64,000 bases of DNA from NCBI GenBank assembly GCA_029856125.1, contig JAHQWJ010000080.1, positions 64,001 through 128,000 of the forward strand. The letters are read 5' to 3'. The notes beneath the pieces are model-generated. The model saw only the letters and a list, made by a program, of their open reading frames with translations, did not search any database and was not told the origin of the DNA. The position numbers were made by a program, and so were the translations under genes. Below are positions 1 to 10,253 of this stretch, piece after piece. The stretch's first letter is position 1; the number at the start of each line of letters is the position of its first letter. Source of the stretch: Promethearchaeia archaeon. Lineage in GTDB: Archaea > Asgardarchaeota > Lokiarchaeia > Sigyniarchaeales > SOKP01.

Positions 1-1188
1 AACATTTTAGAGCCTGAGCAATATAGACCCATTTATAGGCCAGTAGGAAATCCAGATGCGATTAAGGCTGCTATAGAAATTTTAAAAACTGCAAAAAATC
101 CATTAATCGTTGCGGGAGGAGGAATTCACGCTTCAGATGCGTCTACCGAGCTTAAAAAATTATCTACAACATACAAAATTCCGTGTGGAACAAGCATAAA
201 CGGTGTTGGTGCTATTGATATTCGTAGTGAAACATATGTTGGGTCGTATCTAGTTGCAAACGCATATCGAAAGGCAGTATCAGAAGCCGATGTGGTTATA
301 TCGTTCGGTGCTAAATGGGATTATACAATCTTGTTCGGAGCTCCACCCATTTGGAACCCAAACGCGAAGATTATTCAAAACGATATCGACCCAGAAATGA
401 TCGGTCGAAATAGAAAAGTTTCTGTTGCTATTATTGGCGACGCTAAGGTCGTAATAAATCAGTTACTAGCAGAAATGGAACAAGCACTCCCTAAAGAAAA
501 AATTTCTGAATGGTCTGAATGGAATTCTTATCTATCAGATCTCAAAAAAAATGACGCTTTAGCTATTCAAAAATTAATGAAATATGATAAGTTGCCTATG
601 AAACCAGAAAGATTTGCATATGAAGTGTTGGATTCATTAAAACACGATTCTCAACTAGTAATTGATGGTGGCGATATAGCCGTCTTCACTTTTGGGTTAA
701 TCAGTAACTTCCCTCGCGATCCAAGAACGCTATATTTCCCATTAACGATGGGACATCTAGGTACGGGTATTCCTCACGCAATAGGTGCCCAAATAGCTAA
801 TCCAGATAAACAAGTTGTTTGCATTAACGGAGATGGTAGTTTTATGTTCAACATTCAGGAGCTTGATACGGCAGTTCGACTAAATTTACCCATCATTATT
901 ATTATTGCTAATAATTGCGCGTGGGGCATGATAAAAAGCAAGCAAAAAGGGGAATTTAAGAAAAGATATTGCGATGTAGATTTACCGCCAACCAATTATG
1001 CAGAAATAGCAAAAGGTTTCGGTTGTTACGGCGAAAAGATAGAAAAACCAGAGGATATTAAGCCTGCTATACAAAGAGCAATAGAATCTAAAAAACCAGC
1101 CGTTCTAGATGTAGATATCGCTTTTGAAACGCCCATTGCGATGAAAGTAATCGGAAATCTTAAGAAAAACCGTGGATTATATGGTTAA
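1..1188 (+). CDS. Thiamine pyrophosphate-dependent enzyme (acetolactate synthase large subunit-like), 5'-truncated by window edge
   Basis: Frame is open from base 1 (KNPLIVAGGG); GDGSF...NN ThDP motif; GHLGTGIPHAIGA. Confidence 0.9.
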   Translation, partial: NILEPEQYRPIYRPVGNPDAIKAAIEILKTAKNPLIVAGGGIHASDASTELKKLSTTYKIPCGTSINGVGAIDIRSETYVGSYLVANAYRKAVSEADVVISFGAKWDYTILFGAPPIWNPNAKIIQNDIDPEMIGRNRKVSVAIIGDAKVVINQLLAEMEQALPKEKISEWSEWNSYLSDLKKNDALAIQKLMKYDKLPMKPERFAYEVLDSLKHDSQLVIDGGDIAVFTFGLISNFPRDPRTLYFPLTMGHLGTGIPHAIGAQIANPDKQVVCINGDGSFMFNIQELDTAVRLNLPIIIIIANNCAWGMIKSKQKGEFKKRYCDVDLPPTNYAEIAKGFGCYGEKIEKPEDIKPAIQRAIESKKPAVLDVDIAFETPIAMKVIGNLKKNRGLYG

Positions 1189-1324
1189 TCTTCTTATATT
1201 CAATTTTCTTAACTCCTTTTTTAATTTTTTATGATTTTTAAATAACATTTAATTCAATGTAGAATAAGGTTAATCTAAAAAACGCTTATAAATTAAATTC
1301 CATAATTCTAAGAGGTAGTATAAA

Positions 1325-2131
1325 CTGTCAGATAATAAATTTTTAAACGGAAAAGTATCTTTAATTACAGGGGCTGGTAGTGGGTTTGGGAGAGAAATGG
1401 CCATAGCTTTTGCTAAAAATGGATCTTCTCTTGTCTTGAACGATATAAATATGGCTGGTCTTGAAGACACGCGTGATTTAATTTTAAAAAACTTTCCTTC
1501 TACATCAATCCTCTTGGCTCAAGCTGACATTTCGAAGATCCAAGAAGTAGAAAGAATGAAAAAGCAAGTATTTGAAAAATTTGATAATGTTTTTATACTG
1601 GTAAACAATGCCGGAATTGACGGAGGTGCTTACAAATCATTATCTGCGTCAGAAGAAATCTATGATAAAGTAATGGGTGTCAATGCTAAAGGAACTTGGA
1701 ATGTAACTAAAACTTTCTTCAGAAAAATGAAAAGCCAAAGGCATTTTCAACCAATTCGAGCTAAAATCATTAATATTGCCAGTTGTGCTGGGACTGCTAA
1801 TGGAATCAACCCAATGTTAGGCATATATAGTGCTAGTAAAGCAACAGTTATCGCCTTCACAAAATTATGGGCTCTAGAGCTCGGCCCTGTTGATATAACA
1901 GTTAATGCAATCTCCCCGGGTGTTTTTCTTACACCTATATATGATAACGATCCGGTTAAAATACGACAGTTTTTAGAAACGAGAGGGGTTAAACTTCCAT
2001 TGGATAGAATTGGAGAATCTAAATGGGTAGCTGACTTAGCAGTATTTTTAGCATCTCCAACAGCTGATTACATCTCTGGACAAAACCTAATTATTGATGG
2101 TGGAATGACAGTTTCAATAAATAAGCTATAA
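1325..2131 (+). CDS. Short-chain dehydrogenase/reductase; probable CTG start
   Basis: TGAGSGFG Rossmann motif lies upstream of the track ATG (1397); NNAG and YSASK motifs; in-frame TAG at 1316-1318; GAGGT SD before CTG at 1325. Confidence 0.85.
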   Translation: MSDNKFLNGKVSLITGAGSGFGREMAIAFAKNGSSLVLNDINMAGLEDTRDLILKNFPSTSILLAQADISKIQEVERMKKQVFEKFDNVFILVNNAGIDGGAYKSLSASEEIYDKVMGVNAKGTWNVTKTFFRKMKSQRHFQPIRAKIINIASCAGTANGINPMLGIYSASKATVIAFTKLWALELGPVDITVNAISPGVFLTPIYDNDPVKIRQFLETRGVKLPLDRIGESKWVADLAVFLASPTADYISGQNLIIDGGMTVSINKL

Positions 2132-2171
2132 TAATCCTCTTATACTTTATAAAGAACAAGAAAGTTTTAAT

Positions 2172-2243
2172 TAAAAAAGAAAGAAAAATAAGTGGTGGTT
2201 TTATTAAGAGTATCAATTATAACACTCTTATAAATATCACCAG
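2172..2243 (-). terminator. Long hairpin plus T-tract after micro-ORF
   Basis: Minus strand TGGTG..TTTATAAGAGT...ACTCTTAATAAAACCACCA then TTATTTTTCTTTCTTTTTT. Confidence 0.65.
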
Positions 2244-2244
2244 T

Positions 2245-2274
2245 TTAGGGTACAGCACCAGGATGGCCAGGCAT
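2245..2274 (-). CDS. Micro-peptide MPGHPGAVP (9 aa)
   Basis: AAAGGAGTGATTAAA-ATG CCT GGC CAT CCT GGT GCT GTA CCC TAA; homologous to three micro-ORFs at 63.0-63.8 kb. Confidence 0.7.
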   Translation of the reverse strand: MPGHPGAVP

Positions 2275-2460
2275 TTTAATCACTCCTTTCAATATTTGAA
2301 AAAATATTTACTCTATTTTTATTTTCGATATAAAAGTGAAATTCAGTTCCCGTTCTTTCTTCACTTATTAGTTCTTCTTAAAATAATTATTTAAACTACG
2401 AAATTAGTACTTAAAAAATTTTTAATAGAAATTTTTGGCAAATTTTTTGGTGTAAGATTG

Positions 2461-3672
2461 TTAAACTAAATCAGAAGGTAAGATCGGATTAATCAAAAGA
2501 TATCGAAAATCTTTAACAGAGGGGAATTCTCCATATTTATTTTTAATGATATTCATTCCGAGGTTATATGTGAAAACATTTTTTGAATATATTGGATCAT
2601 TGAGGCTTTTTATTTGATTTCTTAGGCTAGCTTCACCATAAATCTCAAAATCTTTTCCATATCTAATCAATTCCTCCTCGGTGTAATTATCAATAAGAGC
2701 GTGATAAGCAAAATTATACCAAAAAAGCGTAAGCTTATACCTTACTCTATTTTGCGCAATCATGGCGTCTAGGGAATCTTCTTTTGAAACATCCGGACAA
2801 AACTCGTTTAATCCAATTTCAACTTGTTCTCGATAAGAATAAAGCACATTTATAGCAAGATCTGCTATTCCTTCACTGATTATTAATTTAGGAGAATTAA
2901 GGAGTAAAATTGAGTGTTCGAATTGATTTAATTCCCGATACAATATCAGTTCTTTGACAGAAAATTCCGTATGATGTCCCGGATATCCTTCATGAGCAGT
3001 ATGCATTAGTAAAGTAGTCCAGTACATATTAAATTTCGGATTAAGTTCTAATCGGCTATTATAGTTACCCAAATACCATTCATAGCAAGTCCATTTTATC
3101 TTGTCTTCGTTTTTTTCTTGTGTTAAATCTAACAAAATTTGCTCATTTTCAGGTAAAAGATTTATAAACAACTCCTTTGTTCGCTTCTCTGTGATTTTAA
3201 GTGCTCTTTTAAAAAATTTAAAAACTTTTTCCTCAGGAACTCTACGTTTTAACCTTAATTTTTCGAATCGTTCTTCTAGGCTTCCAGTACCACCGTAAGC
3301 TTCGTTTACTTCTTCCTTTAAATTCTCCAACTCTACCTCTTTAACTGGGTGTAAAACTATATCATATAGGTGTAACAATTGTTCCTCAATAGAAATATTA
3401 TCCTGGTTTAAATTATCTAATGTTGTCCACATAGCAATTAACATCTTTTCTAAGTAGCGCTCGCGTTCTTTATTGAAGCTCTGTGAGTCTAATTTTTCGA
3501 GTAATGATTTAGAGTCGATTAACAGTTTTTTTGGAGAAATAATGGATTCGTTTTCAACAACTTGCTGAAATTTTTCTGGACCGTAATAAAAATCAACATA
3601 TCCTTTGATATGTTTATTGATGCGGAGCGCAAGAAGTAAAAAATCTTCACCAAACTTTGATAATTTTTTCAT
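2461..3672 (-). CDS. DUF885-like zincin metallopeptidase (paralog 1)
   Basis: HEGYPGHH, SEGIA and YNLG motifs typical of DUF885; full-length paralog of 61602..62813. Confidence 0.7.
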   Translation of the reverse strand: MKKLSKFGEDFLLLALRINKHIKGYVDFYYGPEKFQQVVENESIISPKKLLIDSKSLLEKLDSQSFNKERERYLEKMLIAMWTTLDNLNQDNISIEEQLLHLYDIVLHPVKEVELENLKEEVNEAYGGTGSLEERFEKLRLKRRVPEEKVFKFFKRALKITEKRTKELFINLLPENEQILLDLTQEKNEDKIKWTCYEWYLGNYNSRLELNPKFNMYWTTLLMHTAHEGYPGHHTEFSVKELILYRELNQFEHSILLLNSPKLIISEGIADLAINVLYSYREQVEIGLNEFCPDVSKEDSLDAMIAQNRVRYKLTLFWYNFAYHALIDNYTEEELIRYGKDFEIYGEASLRNQIKSLNDPIYSKNVFTYNLGMNIIKNKYGEFPSVKDFRYLLINPILPSDLV

Positions 3673-3795
3673 TTTTTAACCAAATATGTAAAAAGTTGAT
3701 CATTTTACAAGTATTTCCAACTGTTTTTAATGTTTTTAAATAAAAATTATAATTATATTAATTCACTAATCATTTATGGTTCACATTAATAAGAA

Positions 3796-4944
3796 CTATG
3801 TAAAAAACTTAATTTTTGAATCTATAACTATTAAATCTGACTTAGGAGAAAACGGCTTAACAACCTTGGAGTTCAAAATTTCTTCGATATGCCATCCACT
3901 ACCTTTTAAATTAGTATTTAAATTTTCGATTCCTTTTTTGATTGGATTTGGTTTTTCGCAAAATTGATAGAAATGTAGTATTCCGCTTGATTTTTTCATC
4001 AAAAAGCAAGCAATATCAAGAAAATTAATAGATTGTTCTGGTAAATTCATTATAATTCTGTCGATTTTATTTTTTAAATAATTTCCTAATTTGTTATCGT
4101 GATTCAATAGCTTTTTAACATCCATATTATGAGCAATTACCTCTCCTTTCATTTTGTTATTTTCAATATTTTCAAGGAGGTATTTATAGGCAGATGGGTT
4201 AACATCGAAGGCATAAATTTTCGCATCGTTATTTTTTGCTATTTGAATCGAGAATGGGCCAACTCCCGTAAACATATCTACAACAGTTTCTTGTTTTTTG
4301 AAACTACTTGAACTTACACGCTTTCTTTCAAATACTAACCTGGGGGTGAAATAAGTTTTTTTTACATCTAATTTAAATAGGCAGCCGTTTTCTTTATGGA
4401 TCGTTTCTGGATTGTCATCACCATAGATAACTTTTAACTCTTTTAATCTATATCTTCCCTTCACTTCGCTTTTCTTCTCGTAAACTGTCTCCACTGATTT
4501 ATTTACGCTTACCAGCGCTTTAGCTACTTTTTTCTTATAAGATAAGACATTTTTATCGATAATTGTGTTTAGTTGGTCGAATTCAACAATCGCAATCTTT
4601 CCAATAATATCGTAAGATTTTGGAACCAATTCTAAAATATTTTTTGGTAATTCATCAATGAGAGCTTCTTCTATTGAGCGACATTTGTATCTTACTTCAA
4701 AAATTCCCTCAGCACTAACTATATTAAAATTTATCTGATTTGAAATCCCTCCGATTAACGCTTTTACTTTTTCTGCATCATCAATTAGGGGAAAAAGCAC
4801 ATATGGACCCTCGTGTTTAACTTTAATTCTTCTATCGAGGAAGGGTTCATTATGTAATTTTATTTTTAGTAAATTGAGGAATTTCTCAGCAGAATCCTGT
4901 TTAATCTTTACAAATTGTGTTTGGTCCTTATTACTTCTACCCAT
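3796..4944 (-). CDS. trm5: tRNA (guanine37-N1) methyltransferase Trm5/Met10 family
   Basis: SYDIIGKIA, HKENGCLF, DMFTGVGPF, DVNP, IMNLP motifs. Confidence 0.9.
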   Translation of the reverse strand: MGRSNKDQTQFVKIKQDSAEKFLNLLKIKLHNEPFLDRRIKVKHEGPYVLFPLIDDAEKVKALIGGISNQINFNIVSAEGIFEVRYKCRSIEEALIDELPKNILELVPKSYDIIGKIAIVEFDQLNTIIDKNVLSYKKKVAKALVSVNKSVETVYEKKSEVKGRYRLKELKVIYGDDNPETIHKENGCLFKLDVKKTYFTPRLVFERKRVSSSSFKKQETVVDMFTGVGPFSIQIAKNNDAKIYAFDVNPSAYKYLLENIENNKMKGEVIAHNMDVKKLLNHDNKLGNYLKNKIDRIIMNLPEQSINFLDIACFLMKKSSGILHFYQFCEKPNPIKKGIENLNTNLKGSGWHIEEILNSKVVKPFSPKSDLIVIDSKIKFFT

Positions 4945-5368
4945 TTACATCATTAACTTTAAAAATAATTGAAAATCGTTCCTTGGAATTGGTTAAATTC
5001 TTAATAATATTTCTGTCCAGTTCGCTTGAGGATTTAGAACATTTTATTAAAATCGTTCTGTTGCATATAAAATCACTTTTTCGAAAAACTATGTCTTTTT
5101 TACTAAGTAAGGTTAAATTTTTATCGCCAAAACCATAGAAAGAATCAATATCATCCCCCGTTTTTATAATAACTGTGATTTTTTCTCCCTCTATGATCTT
5201 TTTCTTTAGGAGCGGATTTAGATCGTAGCAAGCTTTTGATGCCCCTATTCCTAATATGCACGTTCCATTTCTCGTGAGATAAGTATCCTTAGTTAATTCA
5301 ATGGTCGTGGCATGGGTGCATTGAATTAGTTGGTGGCCTTTTGCGGTAATAGTATCTAATATAGTCAT
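4937..5368 (-). CDS. DUF371 family protein
   Basis: GH.I..TH.TT.E.TKD..LT..G.CI.G and RKSDF motifs. Confidence 0.85.
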   Translation of the reverse strand: MTILDTITAKGHQLIQCTHATTIELTKDTYLTRNGTCILGIGASKACYDLNPLLKKKIIEGEKITVIIKTGDDIDSFYGFGDKNLTLLSKKDIVFRKSDFICNRTILIKCSKSSSELDRNIIKNLTNSKERFSIIFKVNDVNG

Positions 5369-5371
5369 ATC

Positions 5372-7024
5372 CTAATTTTCCTTAAAAAAATGTAAAATAT
5401 CCTTAATTTGACTAAATACAGAAAAATTTGAATTATACGCTTTCTTTAAAATAATGTTCAATCCATGAATGAGATGATTTTCTGGAAATTGTATTGATTC
5501 TTCAAATTGGTTTAGATAAAAATCAGGAATTAGAAGTCCACATTTCTCATAAGTAGCCGAAAATTTATCTACAAACTTTTCTGCTGTTACAATAGAATTT
5601 TGATAGCTACCATCATTTGTCCCATAAGTGGGACTTGTTTCGTATTGCCCCATTGGAAAAGAATTAATTAGCTCATACGGAATAATGCCGTAAATAATAG
5701 AGTAAAATGCTAAATGTATCTGGTTTCTTTTAATTAAATCGTTGTTGTCAATTTCAGCTAACCATTTTATAACCATAGGAGAGGTTTTACCCTTAACATC
5801 TAATTCAGGTAAAATGATAAAATATTTAGCATCTTTAGGCGGACGATAATTATTTAATAATTTCTGTTCATATCGATAAATTAAAGGTCTTTCTATGCTC
5901 TCTTTAGATGAGTAAAGTCTTCCATGGTTTTTATAAATTTTCTCATAAACTTCGAAGAGGGGTTTATTTCTTTTTATTAAACTTGCTGCTTTAACTAAAT
6001 TGGGATGACTACGAATTCTTTGTTCAACTAACTCCCATAAATTGCCTTCTCTAATCGCTTGTCTAATAGTTTTCAATTCTGAGAACGATAAGTATAAATT
6101 GTGCTTAGCAATTAATTGTATCCTCAAATCCTCTTCAAACTTCATAAGCTCGGTTGGTGAATATTTTACACAGATTGGGCAATGGCAAGGGAATTCGTTT
6201 AATTCCTCAAGTTTCTTGGTGCCTGTGGATAAGGTAAAATAACGATTTTCCTTAGCAAACAAGATATATGCAGCCGAATCCATTAAATCACACCCACACG
6301 CTACAGCTAAAGAAAAATATTGTGGTAATCCTAGCCCAAACATGTGAACTGGTTTGTTAGGAATAACATATCGTTTTACAGTTAATAGGATTTGTGTGGT
6401 GAGGTCAAATCTATAATTTAAAAATGCTTTTACAATTCCTCCTACTGCATAGATTCCAAAATCTAATTTGCTCATTTCAATTGTGCTTTCTTTCAACAAT
6501 TCGAAATGCGTTCCTCCGTGTAACGGTCCAAACCAATAGCAATCCTGCCGAGACCTCCTTGAAATATTATCTTTTGCCCTCTCAATGGTTGTATTAACTT
6601 TTACTTTTGCTATTTCGTAATTATCTTCTAATTGTACTGGAATATCTAATATTACAGGGAAGTCTGAACCGATATCTTCTTGAAATCTTTCTATGGTGGT
6701 AGCATCAAGATCAAAAGAGTCTTTGTTATACATATATTGTTGAAACGCACCACTATCTGTTGCAATTATCCCATCGTAATTCAGGTACTCATGGAGTCCT
6801 TTATGGAGAACCTGAGCTCTTAATTTTTCGTTTTTATAAATAATGTATGCGTTGGTAAAAAGGCATTGAGCTCCGAATGTTTTTAGATCTTGTGGTGTGA
6901 TAATATTTCTGGATGGATGTATTACCGGAAATAGATTGGGAGTAATCATCTCTTTACCGTTCAAACTGATTCGTCCTAACCTTGCTAATGCATCAACATC
7001 TTCTATTTCAAACTTCATATTCAT
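5372..7024 (-). CDS. tgtA: Archaeosine tRNA-guanine(15) transglycosylase
   Basis: TNAYI, TDSGAFQ, HMFGLG, DSAAY, CHCPIC, HNLY. Confidence 0.93.
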   Translation of the reverse strand: MNMKFEIEDVDALARLGRISLNGKEMITPNLFPVIHPSRNIITPQDLKTFGAQCLFTNAYIIYKNEKLRAQVLHKGLHEYLNYDGIIATDSGAFQQYMYNKDSFDLDATTIERFQEDIGSDFPVILDIPVQLEDNYEIAKVKVNTTIERAKDNISRRSRQDCYWFGPLHGGTHFELLKESTIEMSKLDFGIYAVGGIVKAFLNYRFDLTTQILLTVKRYVIPNKPVHMFGLGLPQYFSLAVACGCDLMDSAAYILFAKENRYFTLSTGTKKLEELNEFPCHCPICVKYSPTELMKFEEDLRIQLIAKHNLYLSFSELKTIRQAIREGNLWELVEQRIRSHPNLVKAASLIKRNKPLFEVYEKIYKNHGRLYSSKESIERPLIYRYEQKLLNNYRPPKDAKYFIILPELDVKGKTSPMVIKWLAEIDNNDLIKRNQIHLAFYSIIYGIIPYELINSFPMGQYETSPTYGTNDGSYQNSIVTAEKFVDKFSATYEKCGLLIPDFYLNQFEESIQFPENHLIHGLNIILKKAYNSNFSVFSQIKDILHFFKEN

Positions 7025-7044
7025 CCTCTTCTAATCCAGATTTA

Positions 7045-7638
7045 CTAATCAAAAAATTGCTCCAAACGATCCTCTTGAGATAATTTTTCTAACCAATCGA
7101 TTTTTCCAATGATATATTCATTCACATCTACCATCCCTGTAAGAATTTTTGTTATTGTCTTGGTAATTACATCAATACTATTATTTGTAGTATCAATTTC
7201 CAGTATTGGTTTGTTCAATTGTTTATTCAAGAAATAATTTGCAGAGTTTCCTAAAATTTCAGACTGGACGTTTTCTCTAATTTTTTCCTTTTTATAACCC
7301 CTTTCCTTTAACCTGACACATAATTCGTCGGGATCACATCTTAAAATTATAACATAATTGATATATTGCGAGGGTACAATGTCAGAAAAATGGCTTTCGA
7401 TAATTAGATATTCTAGATCTAGTTTATTATAACGTTCTATTAACTTTATTATGTGACGAACCAATTTTTTTTCATTGATCACTGATGTTTCTCTTTCCAT
7501 GTCATATTTTATAATTAACTTCTCTGAAATTGCTAATTCGTTTAAGCTAATTACTTTATATTTAAAGTTGTTTAATATATTTTGTGAAACTGTTGTCTTT
7601 CCGGTTCCAGGAGTTCCAGAAACGATTAAAAATTTCAT
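7045..7638 (-). CDS. Adenylate kinase AK6/Fap7 family
   Basis: GTPGTGKTT, ESH, LRCDP, RGY..EKI.EN..SEI; start moved to the Met at 7638. Confidence 0.9.
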   Translation of the reverse strand: MKFLIVSGTPGTGKTTVSQNILNNFKYKVISLNELAISEKLIIKYDMERETSVINEKKLVRHIIKLIERYNKLDLEYLIIESHFSDIVPSQYINYVIILRCDPDELCVRLKERGYKKEKIRENVQSEILGNSANYFLNKQLNKPILEIDTTNNSIDVITKTITKILTGMVDVNEYIIGKIDWLEKLSQEDRLEQFFD

Positions 7639-7762
7639 GTTTAAATAATTAGAATCATCGGTAAAATATAAAAATAGTAATCTAATAATGAAAAAAAACC
7701 TAAGATGAACCTCGTTTGAAGAAAGATGTATAACAAGAGCATTCATTTAAGATACATTTTAA

Positions 7763-7836
7763 TGGGAAAGGGGGGCTTCGAACCCCCGACCTCACGGTTA
7801 TCAGCCGTGCGCTATACCAGGCTAAGCCACTCTCCC
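7763..7836 (-). tRNA. tRNA-Ile(GAT)
   Basis: Cloverleaf; anticodon arm CACGG-CTGATAA-CCGTG; T-loop TTCGAAG. Confidence 0.95.
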
Positions 7837-7991
7837 GATAAAAAACCTATAATTTTAACGACTTCCACAAATGTTTTAAAAATAAGTTTTTAATATCTCA
7901 CTAAATATTATTTATTTAAAAAATTTTTGTGTTGTTAAGCCTTAAATTTTAATAGAATAAAGAGAATATTTTTTTATATGATAGTGAAAAA

Positions 7992-8432
7992 GTGAACCAA
8001 TTGCCTAAAATATTAAATTATTCAATTATTGGTTTAGAAGATTATCTTATCAGTTTTGAAAATTATTGTTCACCCTGTCAAATTCAAAAATTTTGTAAAT
8101 ACGGCAGGACTGAGCCTTTTACGATAGCGATTAATTGTAGCGATTTAAATAGGGCGAAAGAAAAAATCAAATTTGAGCAGCTCCAAAAATTGCAGAAAAA
8201 AGAAGATGTTTCTGTAACCTATGAGGAATTAGTGAAAAAAGTTAAAATAAACGTTCAGAACATATTTAGTCAGATATGGAAGGATAAAGTTAAAGCACGT
8301 AAAGAAGAAATAAGATGTTTAAATTCAAAGAAAGTAGATTCAATGTTGGTTTCTCAGCAGGGACAAGACTGGTGGCAAGATTTTAACTTTACTATAAAGG
8401 TAATAAACCGTGAATGCGAAAAAATACTTTGA
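7992..8432 (+). CDS. Hypothetical protein with Cys cluster
   Basis: 146 aa ORF, YCSPC....C..C pattern. Confidence 0.65.
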   Translation: MNQLPKILNYSIIGLEDYLISFENYCSPCQIQKFCKYGRTEPFTIAINCSDLNRAKEKIKFEQLQKLQKKEDVSVTYEELVKKVKINVQNIFSQIWKDKVKARKEEIRCLNSKKVDSMLVSQQGQDWWQDFNFTIKVINRECEKIL

Positions 8433-8542
8433 ACTCTTTCTTACGCTTTCTAAAGATCATTATGTACTAAAAAAAAATTAAAATTGAACGATGACTTTTA
8501 AAATGGGTAGTTTTTTTATATTCATTTTTAGATAAATATAAG

Positions 8543-9163
8543 ATGAAAAATTTTTGCTATACATACCAATCAACCTATGCACTCGATAGCGTTTTAGATC
8601 CCTTAGAAGAAATCTGCTCAGAATTTAATAGTTTTGCTCTGATTTTTTTTCAATATTTTAAGTATATATTTGTTATTGTCTTGATTGGTTGTGGAGTTTT
8701 AACCCTTCTAAAATTGAGAGGTTATTATTTCAGATCAAGATCATTTTCTGCTGAAGGAGACTCAAATAAAAAAGATCCATTTAATAAACCGCGTTTAGTT
8801 GTCGGAGCTGTTTATATCTTTATAGGTTTTGGGATTCTTTTTAATTATCTTATATACTTTTTCATATGGCTTTTGGACCCCCTGCCAGATCGCTTTATTT
8901 TTAATCTTCTAAGCCTAATTGATATTGATCCCTTTAATCTAAATAGAATCACTGATATTCACTCGGCTATTTATCCACATGAACAAACATGTTATTACAT
9001 AGTTGCAATGCTTTCTTTTACTAGTACAATTCATTCAACGGTTGCAATATGGTATTTTATCAATAATGTTCGAAATCCTAGAAAAACTATAATTTGGGTG
9101 TTCTCATCAGTTCCAGGAGGAATATTTTTTGGGTTTACAACATTTTTGCCATTCATGCTTTAG
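8543..9163 (+). CDS. Hypothetical membrane protein (~4 TM)
   Basis: Several long hydrophobic segments. Confidence 0.7.
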   Translation: MKNFCYTYQSTYALDSVLDPLEEICSEFNSFALIFFQYFKYIFVIVLIGCGVLTLLKLRGYYFRSRSFSAEGDSNKKDPFNKPRLVVGAVYIFIGFGILFNYLIYFFIWLLDPLPDRFIFNLLSLIDIDPFNLNRITDIHSAIYPHEQTCYYIVAMLSFTSTIHSTVAIWYFINNVRNPRKTIIWVFSSVPGGIFFGFTTFLPFML

Positions 9164-9326
9164 GAACTCTCGGATGGTGAATGGGTTTGATCAAAAGATT
9201 TATATATTCAAGTTACATATAATTATTTTGCATTCAAGTAGTAAATCGATTTTCAGTCACACGAATAAAGATTTATTGAATTTAGTAATATTTTGTGTTA
9301 GTTTACACGGGAAATAATTAAGTTTT

Positions 9327-10247
9327 GTGAAGGTTAATTTCAAAAAAGAGGTTTTTAAAGTGGTAATAAAATCAGAAGTTAGTAACATATCAAGCTTATG
9401 TCCAGAATGTAAAGGTAAGACAATTCCAATTCACGAAAAAGGAGAAATTGTATGTCGTCAATGTGGTTTAGTTATAAGTGAAAGGTTATTAGATATATCA
9501 CATAGCGGTAAGCGAGCATTCACAAAGCAGGAGAAAGATAGAAGAGAGAGGACGGGATCTCCTATTTCAATTCTATTACCTGATATGGGGTTAAGTACTA
9601 TTATTGACAAAAACAACATAAGAAGTCCTGATTTGAAAAGAGCTGCAAAATGGAATTCTCGCATGACGTGGGATAAAAGAAACATGCTAATTGCTACTAC
9701 TGAACTAAAAAGAATCGGGAGCAATTTAAATTTGCCCAACCATATAAAAAAGGCAGCTATTAAATTGTATATTGAAGCGTTTAAGAAAAAATTACTCCGC
9801 GGTAGGTCAATCAACGGTATGGTCGCTGCTTGCTTGTATTTTGCTTGTAGAGAACGAAAAATCCCTAGAACACTTCAAGAAATATTAGATCAAACTTCAG
9901 TCAATGCAAAAAATGTTAGGAGATGTTATAGAACAATAATAAGAGAATTAAATTTAAAAGCACCTTCCACTAACCCTATTTCTCTCATTCCCAGATTTGT
10001 TGCAGAATTAGGATTAGATGCTGAAACTGAACAAGTAACGATCAAGATTTTACAATCTTTTATCTCAAAATATTCAACAAGTGGTAAGGATCCGAAGGGA
10101 TTATGCGCAGGAGCATTATATTTAGTATGCAAAAAGAGAGATAAGAGGATTTCTCAAAAAGATATAGCAAATGTAGTAGGAGTTACCGAAGTTACTTTAC
10201 GCTCTAGGTATAAAGAATTGATTGATAAATTAAATATTGAAATATAA
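9327..10247 (+). CDS. tfb: Transcription initiation factor IIB
   Basis: CPEC..GEIVC..CG Zn ribbon, RERTG, LLRGRS, GKDPKGL, VTEVTLRSRYKE; exact start uncertain (GTG at 9360 possible). Confidence 0.95.
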   Translation: MKVNFKKEVFKVVIKSEVSNISSLCPECKGKTIPIHEKGEIVCRQCGLVISERLLDISHSGKRAFTKQEKDRRERTGSPISILLPDMGLSTIIDKNNIRSPDLKRAAKWNSRMTWDKRNMLIATTELKRIGSNLNLPNHIKKAAIKLYIEAFKKKLLRGRSINGMVAACLYFACRERKIPRTLQEILDQTSVNAKNVRRCYRTIIRELNLKAPSTNPISLIPRFVAELGLDAETEQVTIKILQSFISKYSTSGKDPKGLCAGALYLVCKKRDKRISQKDIANVVGVTEVTLRSRYKELIDKLNIEI

Positions 10248-10253
10248 TTTTTT

